A DNA stretch of 64,000 nucleotides from Octopus vulgaris (Eukaryota): the NCBI GenBank assembly GCA_951406725.2, contig OX597820.1:40300001-40364000 (forward strand), given 5' to 3'. Both the position numbers and the translations under genes were made by a program. Below, one piece after another: positions 53,001-64,000 of this stretch. Position 1 is the stretch's first letter. Each line of letters starts with the position of its first letter. The notes below the pieces were generated by a model. It did not search any database. It was not told the DNA's origin and was given only the letters and a program-made list of their open reading frames with translations.

Positions 53001-53984
53001 GTAAGGAACTTGATTTGAAAAGCAACATTCTTTTCTTTCTTTTACATTTTCGGTGTCATTGCATCAGTGAAACATACGTATATCCATACATATACTCACT
53101 CGCACGAAAACACAGTCATACTCGCGCACATATATAGACACAAACACACACACACACATAACTTGCGGTTGTCATTTTAGACTAATGCACAAAGCACAAA
53201 ATTGCAGGGCAGTAGAATTGAAATCGGAACCATGTGATTGCGAAACGAATTTCTTAACTGCAGTTCACTTTCTAATTTTCATTCTCTCTATTTTTTTATT
53301 TTTACTTCTTTTTATATTTTTTAATATTTTAATTACATCGGTTTTTTATTTCTGTCTTTATTTCTTATTTGTTTTTTTCTTAATTTGTTCTTGTGGTCTT
53401 TTTAATGTATTTAATTTTTATTTCTTGATTTTTAATTGGATTTATTAATTCCCCCTTCTTTCATTCCGCGTTACTGCATGCATTTCTTTATTTTACAATT
53501 TTCGCTATTTCTGGGTTTTTTTTCCTTCTTTATCATTTCAAAAATTCATTCCATCACTTTTATTTTCATTCCTGTTATTTGCCGAATCTTTCTTCATTAC
53601 CGTTTTTGTTTACTTCAATTTTGTTCTTTTTCGCCCGTTCTTTCCTCATTGAATCTTTTTTTTTATCCATCTCAATAATTTCTGTTCTTTTCTGGTTTGG
53701 TATAACAGATAAAGCGTTCGATAGTATATTGTTGCGTTAACTTAACTTACGTCCTATTTTCAAAATTTGCCAACGTCTCGTTTCATTTGCTCTATCGTCA
53801 GATTAAGAAAGTACTATCAAATACTTATTTATAATTTAGTCAAAGTCGGCAAATTTTAGAGGCGTAATGCTTTCATCGATTCCATCGACCCAAGTACTTG
53901 ACCCACAGTTATTTTCATATATTATTTTATCGACTCTGAAGTGTTGAGTGATGACGTTGACATCGATGGTATTTAAAGGCAAAG

Positions 53985-54140
53985 TCCGCCGAGGTCGACT
54001 TTGCCTTTCATCCTTTCGGGGTCGATTAAATAAGTACCAGTTACGCACTGAGGTCGATATAATCAACTTAATCCGTTTGTCTGTCCTTGTTTGTCCCCTC
54101 TGTGTTTGGCTCCTTGTGGCTAGTAAAGAAATAGGTATTT
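53985..54140 (+). mobile_element. Young family M SINE fragment inside an oppositely oriented old copy
   Basis: Near-consensus core through TAGTAAAGAAATAGG; flanks are minus-strand family M remnants (53835-53985 and 54140-54190). Confidence 0.7.
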
Positions 54141-55709
54141 AAACTCAGATGTTAAAATGTCGAAACAAATCCGCTGAATATTGTATCCGATGATAAATAT
54201 ATCCGTTGTTTAACTATTTCAATCGATCTAATTGAGTTCAACCTCCCTCAAATTTGAATATTATTTTCAATTTTTCTTATTGTTGTTCTACATATTTGCT
54301 CATTCTGAGCCTGTTCAGGTACATATCTTATTTGCTATGAGAAGAAATTGCTAACCTGCTAAACTGTCGTTTGTCCTACCTCCATTTTCTAGGAAAGTGA
54401 CGCCGAGTTTATTCTTCCACAAAGTTTCTGTTGAAGATTGAACAATACCAAGCAATTTCTGAAAAAGCTAGCTTCAGTTTTTTTTACACTAAGTAATCAG
54501 CTACGTAAAAATGGAAGTAAACATTGGTTTTGGCGAATTTGAACACGGAATGCAGGGAGCCAGAAAACGACTGCGAAACATAATTTTCAATGTCCGGTGA
54601 GACGCATATGTGCCATTGATAGCACTCAAAGTTTCTTATTGATGCCAATAATATTTCTCTATTCCTATTAAATGTATTTTTTTCACTTCTGTTAAACGTA
54701 TTCCTTAATTTCTGTCAACTGTATTTCTATATTCCAATAAAATGTATTCCTTTATTCTTGGGGAAAATATTTCTTTATTCCTATCAAATGTATTCCTTTA
54801 CTCTTGTCAAATATATTCCTTTATTCCTTATTTTCTTTCACCACTCTTCAATTTTGTTGTTTCCTTTGTGTATTTATTTGTCATTCGTTTTGTTTTGTTT
54901 TTCTTTTTCATTCTCTTTTTAATTTTCCAGTCTATTTATTCATAGCTTTTCCTGCGGTTCAGTTTTTCTTCATTATTCTAATACTTCATATTTTTTCTGT
55001 ATTCCTTTGTTTCGTATTCTGTGGCTTCATTCATTTTTTGTATCTTTCCTTTCATTCATTTTTTCCATGTATATAGCACCTGACTTCACACCTTAGTTTC
55101 CGATGTCCTCACTAAAACGCCATCATACGTTAAATCTCATTCACAGCGAAGGCAATCAAAAATATCATGCTAATAAAGAGGAACCAGATGGAAGCAAATT
55201 GTCAGAGGGAATTCCTGCTGAATATAGAATTTACTTGTTCGTCTAGAAAGACTTCGGTTTTAATCATAACCCTCTTCAGACTGGACATTTATTTCACTTT
55301 TGATCTGCTTCAGTTGAAGAAACTGCTTAGTGGGTTTTGGACTTATTGCTTTGCTTATCTTACATATAACGTTATATTTTTTGTTTTCAAATCCGCCCCG
55401 AATCAGTTTTGATATTCGATCTTCTGAAGGTGATAACTCTTGTTCTATTGGACTCAACACAACCGAATGTTCCTTTCTGTCTGAAGAAGTGGATGAGGTT
55501 GATAACCCATGGATGTATAGCAATCGATCTAATCAGTATTGATGTTAAGATAAAGGAACAGTAATAATGATGTGAATTGATCAACTGATCATACAGGACG
55601 TATTTCACATGCTGGTTGGTTTTTCGGTTTTAAACACCGCTTTGGGGACTTTTTCTTCTTATTAGTCGGATAATGTCAGCTGAATAGAAATTTTCCGCTC
55701 GCAATATTA

Positions 55710-55779
<70 letters not shown>

Positions 55780-56979
55780 TGTGAGAGAGAGTGAGAGAGA
55801 GAGTGAGAGACCCTTTTCAATGTGGAATGTCAGCATTACCGGTAATACAATCGTAAGTGTACTAAACTGTGATGGTCAGGCTAAGATACATTTGATTGTG
55901 TGTATAATGGATCATCGTTCACCTGGTTGTTGCACCTACAACAACAATATCAGAAGCAGCAAGAGAGGAAAATAAAAGAACAGCTAATATCCTCCTACGA
56001 TTTCAGTCTTATGCGGATCTTATTATAAGTGAAAGTTTGTTGGAAGTGACAGAGAGGCAAAGAAATTGTCAATTTTAAGATCGTTTATAAACTTATCAAA
56101 TGCCTTGGTGACAACTAAAGAATTGTAGGAAGCAAAATTAATTTAATTATTTCGTTAATAAAGCAAAGGCGACTAACTAGCAGCATTGTTAGAATTCTGA
56201 CAAAATGCTTTGTGAATTTTCTTCCGGTTTATTTGCGCTCAAGGCTCGAATTCTACAAGATCGACTTTCCCTTTCATTCTTCTGCGTCAATAAAATAAGT
56301 ACAATCCAAAAGTAGGGTCGATGTAATCAACTAACCTACTGTCCCCTGAATACCTTGCTTTATACTAAGATTTCAAACCATTTTGTCGTTGATAAAACTG
56401 AAGAGGTGTACCGAAAACTTTTCCTTAAATTTTCATAGAAATTGCTTTTTGTCAGTTTAAGATTCATTAATCTGATATTGTATAAGAAAAAGAAATATTA
56501 GATAATTTGCTTCTGTAATTGCTCCTCCAGAATCGAAAATGATTTGGATAAGGGTGGAATTTCATTTCAACGTAAGATACTGGAATTTAAAAAAATATCA
56601 GGGACCTTATCCACCACAGAATGCCTCCCATTAGCACTATAACGGCTAAGAAATATAGTGGAGTAGATTCCATTAACAACATTCTTCTTTTACAAATAGT
56701 TAGTTTGTACTCTAAGAGCAAAAATCGTAATCTATTTTATCGAATTGATTACTCTGTCTAAGTGAACATATGGAAAACAAAGGTTTTCTATGCTGCCAAA
56801 AAAATGAAAATAAACATTTAAGAATTGAGAGTAAAAATATTGTCCTCTTGATGTGTCGAAAAAAATTTGTAAACTTGGAACCATACCAGAATTAGCTGAA
56901 TAAACGAAAAGATAAATTAATTTTTCAACTTTTCTGTATGGGCATGCGTGCGCGCGCACACACACACGATTGCATACAT

Positions 56980-57023
<44 letters not shown>

Positions 57024-57189
57024 TCGTTTCATCTGTTTATACTTCAGTCATTACATCAATTTAGTGTACTTCCTGGAGAGATTATATTTTTATGTTTTAT
57101 ACTTATCTTCAATTCTCCCGCCTAATATTAGCGTAATTGACATGAAAATTAAGCGTGTGTATGTGAGTCTGGCTCTCTCCTCATCTCTC

Positions 57190-57192
<3 letters not shown>

Positions 57193-57229
<37 letters not shown>

Positions 57230-57267
57230 TATATGTATATATATGTATATATATACATATATATATG

Positions 57268-57299
<32 letters not shown>

Positions 57300-57427
57300 T
57301 ATATATGTATATATACATATACATATATATATGTATATATACATATACATACATATATATATATATGCATATATATATACATATATATATGTATATATAT
57401 ATATATATGCAAATATATATATGTATG

Positions 57428-57481
<54 letters not shown>

Positions 57482-57502
57482 ATATACATACACATATATA
57501 TA
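57193..57502. repeat. Imperfect (TA)n tract, ~300 bp
   Basis: Directly visible. Confidence 0.95.
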
Positions 57503-57942
57503 TTCATAAATCATGCTGTCGCCAGTATATATGACATTACTTATTGATTGCTTTGTTTGTTCTTTCCTTTATGTATCTATAGCTTGTATCTTTATATAAC
57601 GTATTTAACTTGCATTCTAGCACACAGAATTTTCTTTTCTTTTGTTCTTATTAGTGAAACGACTTTCCTATTTCTGTATTTAAATCTGATACAGGTTCTA
57701 TATGTTTGGTTTTATATTTAGATTAATTGTTTTAGCTGTCAATTGTTTGATTATATGATATATCTACCTAAAACTATTTAGACGTCCTCATCTCTCTGAC
57801 ATTTAATTGGTACATAACAGTACTATTACATACACACAGAGACACATGCATACGCATATACACGAATTTATCTTTCTCTATTCAAATATATATATATATT
57901 CATATATGTATATCTCTATATATATATTCCCTCAAATATTAA

Positions 57943-57996
<54 letters not shown>

Positions 57997-58139
57997 CCAC
58001 ACTTTTTCCAAGTGTCCTGAGGAAGTGGTCTTCACCCCGAAATATAGAAATACAAGGTAAAACTGCAACTTTGTTCCATTTTCATTTTGTAGTTTAATTT
58101 GTATCTTCTCGCATTTTTCGGTTCTTAGACCACAACCTT

Positions 58140-58178
<39 letters not shown>

Positions 58179-58956
58179 GTATTATGTAAGTATTTATCTT
58201 GGGGGACCTCATTCGCGTGATAATGACCATAGTCAATATATGATGATAGGGTAAGAATATTAATAACACTGTGTTATAAATTGAGATCCATACACAGTAA
58301 GGATGTTAGAAGGGAGCTTCGTACGAAAAGCAATATTTCCCAGGGAAGAACACTTAAACAAAACTCGGACAAACAAGATTACGTCGGATCAGCGATTACT
58401 TTAGTATGAAACTGTCCAGTGTCACCTTGATTTATGATGATTCATTGATAAACACACACACACATACATACATACATGCATACATACATACCTACATACA
58501 TACATACATACATACATACATACATACATTACAAGATTCGATTCTCTGGAGAGGCTTGCTGGTCACTTTCTTCCACCTTTTCAGCGTTTTTACACAATTT
58601 TAAAAGCTAATGTCACAGTCTATCTGTATTCGACAATTTTTTTTATATTCAGCATAATACCAACTCAGTCGGCGCTTCTAAGTTTGTTTACTAAAAATCC
58701 CACACTGCTTAGTGGTAATGTGTGTGTGTGTGTGTATGTGTGTTCCTTATTTGTTAAAGTTCTGGGGCTCGATTTTTAAAACTGTCTCCATCATTTTTAA
58801 GCCTTTTCAAGTAACTTAGCGTGTGTTCGGTTTTTGTCGATGAGTATATTGTGGATATGATAATCCTTGGTGTTTACTTTTGTTTACTTTTTTGTTTGTT
58901 TGTTTTATATACGCTAAGTCTACATGCCTTATATTCTACGAGTAGGAAACTTTAGG

Positions 58957-59262
58957 GAAGGTGCGTGGTATAGTGATTAGGATATTCAGCTCATGATTGT
59001 GAGTGTGTTTTCTGGTCACACTATGTGTTCCGGAGCAAGACACATATTTCACATTGCCACTCAGGTGGCGAAAATAAGTTGCGCATGCAATTCAAAAGGC
59101 AAACCATATCACATTCTGTGTTACGCTCAATCATCCCAAGAACTACGTTGAGGATACACGTGGCTCTAGGGTGGTCAGTTATTTGCACTTAATTTCACGA
59201 GCAGGCTGTTCTTTTGGTCGAATCAACCGGAACACCCATTGACGTAAACGACGAAGTTCCAA
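58957..59262 (+). mobile_element. Old SINE family B, tail type 3
   Basis: Tail ...CCCAAGAACTACGTTGAGGATACACGTG...AATTTCACGAGCAGGCTGTTC matches 60600-60730. Confidence 0.7.
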
Positions 59263-59404
59263 TCTTTATAAAATCTATATGAAGTTTATCATTCGTTTTT
59301 GGTTTGGCATTTTAAAATCTTTGCCCTTTTATTTGCATTACACATCTTAAAGTTTTCGATAATTATGTAAGATAGTTTCCGTGTGCTAATACTGTATTTT
59401 CTTA

Positions 59405-60058
59405 AGGCGGCGAGCTGGCAAAAATGCTAGAGCGGCGGTGAGCTGGCAGAATCGTTAGCACGCCGGGCGAAATGCTTAGCAGTATTTTGTCCGCCGTTGC
59501 GTTCTGAGTTCAAAATCTGCCGAGGTCGACTTTGCCTTTTATCCTTTTGGGGTCGATGAAATAAGTACCAGTTACGCACTGGGGTCGATCTAATCGACTT
59601 AATCCGTTTGTCTGTCCTTGTTTGTCCTCTCTGTGTTTAGCCTCTTGTGGGTAGTAAAGAAATAAGTATTTCGTCTGGCTTTACGTTCTGAGTTCAAATT
59701 CTGCCGAGGTCTACTTTACTTTTCATACTTTCGGGGTCGATAAATTAAGTAACATTTACGTACTGAGGTCAATCTAATCGACTGGCCCACTTCTCCAAAA
59801 TGTCGGGCCTTGTACCTAGAGTAAAAAAGAATACTGCATTTTCTTAAGGAGGCGAGCTGGCAGAATCGTTAAACACACTGGACAAAATGCTTAATGTTAT
59901 TCCGTCTGTCTTTACATTCTGATTTCAAACGCCACCGAGGTCGACTTTGCATTTCATCCATTCTGGGTCGAAAAAATAGGCACCAACTGCGTACTGGAAA
60001 ACGTAATCGACTTACCCCCACCCTTTAAATTACTGGTCTTGTACCAAAATTTGAAACT
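59405..60058 (+). mobile_element. Family M SINE dimer plus older monomer
   Basis: Three cores (~59520, ~59705, ~59938); flank duplication at 59388 and 59830. Confidence 0.85.
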
Positions 60059-60349
60059 ACTATTGTATCTTCTCAAATTACTTAATCTGTTGGGATCCAG
60101 AGATATGTTCATATAAAGTTTATTTTTCTCTCCAGATATTAACTATTATTAACTATACTTTTACATGTTGTTGTCTCGGTTTCGTGTTGAAAGTAGATGT
60201 AAATTAGTATTGTTGCATAGGACGTATTACTTTTGTATTCACTTATGAAATTTGTATTTCTTTGCGACGTTTGTAGAGTAAATTTGACCAAATTATTTAG
60301 ATAGTAGTAACTGATTTTACCGTTCATTGATTCACATATTTCTGGTGAA

Positions 60350-60735
60350 GTGGAGGCGCAATGGCCCAGTGGTTAGGGCAGCGGACTCGCGGTCGTAGGA
60401 TCGCGGTTTCGATTCCCAGACCGGGCGTTGTGAGTGTTTATTGAGCTAAAACACCTAAAGCTCCACGAGGCTCCGGCAGGGCATGGTGGTGATCCCTGCT
60501 GTACTCTTTCACCACAACTTTCTCTCACTCTTTCTTCCTGTTTCTGTTGTACCTGTATTTCAAAGGGCCGGCCTTGTCACTCTCTCTGTGTCACGCTGAC
60601 TATCCCCGAGAACTACGTTAAGGGTACACGTGTCTGTGGAGTGCTCAGCCACTTACACATTAATTTCACGGGCAGGCTGTTCCGTTGGTCGGATCAACCG
60701 GAACCCTCATCGTCGTAACCGACGGAGTGCTTCCC
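60350..60735 (+). mobile_element. Young SINE family B, tail type 3, with 11-bp target-site duplication
   Basis: Intact A/B boxes (TGGCCCAGTGG, GGTTTCGATTCC); TSD ATTTCTGGTGA at 60338-60348 and 60736-60746. Confidence 0.9.
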
Positions 60736-60959
60736 ATTTCTGGTGATGTGTGATTGCATACTTTGCATTTCTCACATACACAATATGCGAGTTCAAATTC
60801 AAACTAATCGTTTATGTTTTAATCAAGTACCCAAAATTTTAAATAATGTTCTTTTTTTTCAGTTTTAATTTGTCTGACTGAGATTTTACTCGTTCCTGCT
60901 TAGTGTGCTTCCTTGTGGTGGCTACTAAGCTGTTATTGTTATTGTGGTGGCTACTAAGC

Positions 60960-63408
60960 TGCTGCCAGGAAAACAGCCACTTATGTGTTTATTGCAGGCG
61001 ATTTCAATCATCCTGAGATCGATTGGGAGACCTTCCATTGGCCACAGAGTGCAAACGATTTTGTTGAGCTTGTGCTGGACTCAAACTGGTCACAAGTAGT
61101 CACCTCTCCAACAAGAGGCGACAACACCTTGGACCTGCTCTTCACCACAACTCCTGAAGCAGTTATCAATTGCACTACGGAGGAACCTCTAGGTGACTCT
61201 GATCATGCTATGATCATCGCCAATCTGGCTCTTGCGGGCAACAAAAACCTGAACCATCTCCAATCTGCTTCCTTCGATTGGAAGAGAGCAGATTGGAACC
61301 TGTACCACACTGAACTACAGCACCCAAACTGGCGTGAATTCTACAACTCTGGAGATGTGAATACTATACTCCAGAGTATCCTGGACTCAATATGGGCAGC
61401 ATGTGCAGCATCAGTGCCACGTAAACAAAAAAGAAGAACCGCCCCAAAAGGGCAATTTGGGAAACTTCAGCGGTCCGACTTGCCAGGAGGGAACGTCGGA
61501 CTGCTGAACGGGAATACAGGTTGCATAAATCAGACACCAACAGGAAGAAGCGGAATAAATCCTCCAACCATCTCAAGCAGGTGACAAAAAAGGCAGTGCT
61601 TGAATTTGAACAGTGCATAGCAGCCAATCCTGACAGCAAGGTTTTCTGGAAATATGTGCACTCAAAGCAGAGACCTCACTCTCCAGTGGGCCCTCTTCGC
61701 AACCCTCACACAAACCAGATCACTGACGACCCCAAGGAATGCGCAGAACTCATTGCCGAGTGCTATGCAAACATATTCACTGTTGAAAGTCAAAATGTAC
61801 CATCTTCACCATCACTAACAGCAAACTCCATAACAACTATGGAATTTACACCTGCAATGCTGCGACGTCACCTTCAAAATAAGCGCAACTATGCCTCCCC
61901 TGGTCTCGATGGAGTTACATACCTGCTTCTCAAACGTGGCAGGCACTTCCTTTTACACCAGCTTTCTATTTTCTTCCAGTACTGTCTCAACAATGGTGCT
62001 ACTCCGGAGCAGTGGAAAACTGCCAGTGTCATTCCTCTGTTCAAAAAGGGCGACCGCACATCACCTGTCAACTATCGCCCAGTCAGTCTCACTAGCTGTA
62101 TTGCAAAACTGATGGAATCGTGTGTCAGAGAAACACTCTGGAACTTCTGGAGCTCTCACAGTCTCATCCGACCCTCACAATATGGATTTGTCCCTAACTC
62201 CAGCTGCAGTGACCAGCTTGTCGAGTTCCTTGAGGACATTACTCAGATTACTGACAGTGGCTCATGGGTGGATGTTGTCTACCTTGACTTTGCTAAGGCT
62301 TTCAACTCTGTGCCACACAAAAGGCTTATGGTGAAACTCTCTGCAATGGGTGTGGGGGATGACCTTTTTAACTGGTTGAAATCCTTCATCCTCAGCCGAA
62401 AGGAGGTAGTCACAGTTCTAGGACAGCACTCTACACCATATGAGATGTCATCGGGTGTACCACAGGGATCTGTCCTTGGTCCCCTCTTGTTTGTGGCATA
62501 CATTAACGACATAGATGCCAATTTAAAGAATGCCACAGTATTGAAATATGCAGACGACATCAAGCTGTACCTTGAAATCAAGAGGACAGATCCTGATGTC
62601 TACAACTCTTTCCTGCAATCAGACCTAGACACAATGCAGCAATGGATCACAGACTGGCAACTGAAACTGGCTGTGGACAAGCGTACCACCATGCATTTTG
62701 GGAGAAAAAACCCTGCGTTCACATACTCCCTCCACAACACTGATATCAAGAAATCCTCTTGTGAGCGTGACCTAGGCATCACTGTCAGCAGTGATTTGCG
62801 TTGGTCAAAGCATATCTCTAAGATTGTCAGGAAGGCCGAGGGTGTCTTGGCATCACTCAGCAGGTCTTTTGTTAGCCGCTCTCCAGCCATCTATTTAAAA
62901 CTGTATACAGCTATGGTACGACCACACTTGGAATTCGCATCATCAGTTTGGAACCCCTATCTTGCACAGAACATTGACCTCCTGGAATCTGTCCAGAGAC
63001 GTGCAACCAAACGCATACCCTCCATCAGACACCTACCATATTCTGAGCGCCTTGTTTCCCTGGGCATGGATTCACTGAAGCTCCGGCGTTTGGCGACGGA
63101 CTTGGTAAACACCCACAAAGTTATCAACCACCTCACCAACAACAACACTGAACACCTTTTTGATCTCCATGTGTCTAACACACGTGGACATGCCTACAAA
63201 GTCAGAAAACAATACAGCTCCCATGACTTTCGGAAACATTTTTTCACGCTCAGAGTTGCTGAAGCATGGAATAAACTGCCTGCGTCAGTTGTTGACTGCC
63301 ATGACACTGCATCTTTTAAGGCCCTCATGCTTTCCGAAATCCGCCGAAACTACACCTGATTATATATACACTTTAGATGAGTTGTAGTGCACCTGAGCAC
63401 TGTACACA

Positions 63409-63410
<2 letters not shown>
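60960..63410 (+). mobile_element. Young 5'-truncated CR1 LINE (second family) with (ATT)n tail
   Basis: APE C-half (AGDFNHP, TRGDNTLDL, GDSDH) followed by RT; (ATT)n at 63409-63488. Confidence 0.95.
60985..63359 (+). pseudogene. CR1 ORF2 (partial APE + complete RT) with one frameshift near 61425
   Basis: ORFs 60985-61584 and 61521-63359; NYRPVSLTS, YLDFAKAF, GVPQGSVLGP, KYADD, ERDLG, TRGHAYK, WNKLP. Confidence 0.92.
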
Positions 63411-63489
<79 letters not shown>

Positions 63490-64000
63490 TACACTACATT
63501 ATATTAAGCCAAAAAAGAAAAAAAAAATTTTCATAACGGACCAATTCATTATTTACACAAATATCCTCCAACAATTTCGCTATTTGTTTTTCATTTTCTT
63601 CATTGTTATTTTATCGATGTTAAATATTTCGGAGCAATAACAAAATAATATATCCTGTATTTCATCCCTAGTTCTGCTCTCTCGTTTCTTGTGCTAACTT
63701 GTCGCCCACAATGCTATTATTAAAGTTGTTGTTATTATTATAATGTAAACATTATTATCGGGAGTGGACAGGATGACTGAGTTTGTATATCGCTGGGCAA
63801 AATACTTCGTACTATTGAACAATATACTTTTATCATCCTAGGTTTTGTATAAAGTAAATACTAATGTTACAGGTATTCTACAAGCACAACCCTTTACTTT
63901 GATGATATGTTCCTTCGTTAGAGTACCAAGGTATTTCGTTGATCCCCATTATTCTTTAATTTTATCCTTTATTGTGGTGTCTGAAATGATTTGATCACTT

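Noticed and set aside
60350-60425. tRNA gene-like sequence (also at 45593 and 48318)
   Set aside because: Continues into a shared SINE body, is bounded by a TSD and has a poor acceptor stem, so it is a SINE head rather than a tRNA gene

Overview
AT-rich eukaryotic genomic DNA with no confidently identifiable host protein-coding gene. The microsatellite density ((TA)n, (CA/TG)n, (GATA)n, (ATT)n) and the SINE/LINE families suggest a coleoid cephalopod, most likely Octopus (inference). The window is a stack of transposable elements. These include two near-intact CR1-type LINEs (33981-37437 minus, with one nonsense codon; 60960-63410 plus, with one frameshift), a decayed Penelope-like element (RT + GIY-YIG), and RTE, Tx1/L1 and R4/Dong-like LINE remnants. 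There are also mariner remnants, a Kolobok-like TIR element, a non-autonomous Helitron, a foldback element and several tRNA-derived SINE families. The most notable signals are short (TA)n-embedded units carrying hammerhead-ribozyme cores, a SINE whose 3' tail matches a co-resident CR1, one SINE head joined to three unrelated tails, a CCCH zinc finger in a CR1 ORF1, a tandem array dense in kB/STAT-like motifs, and a 1.5-kb strand-biased decayed coding tract of unknown origin. Most entries in the ORF track are microsatellite artefacts. Coordinates of decayed elements are approximate, and family assignments come from motif recognition rather than database searches.
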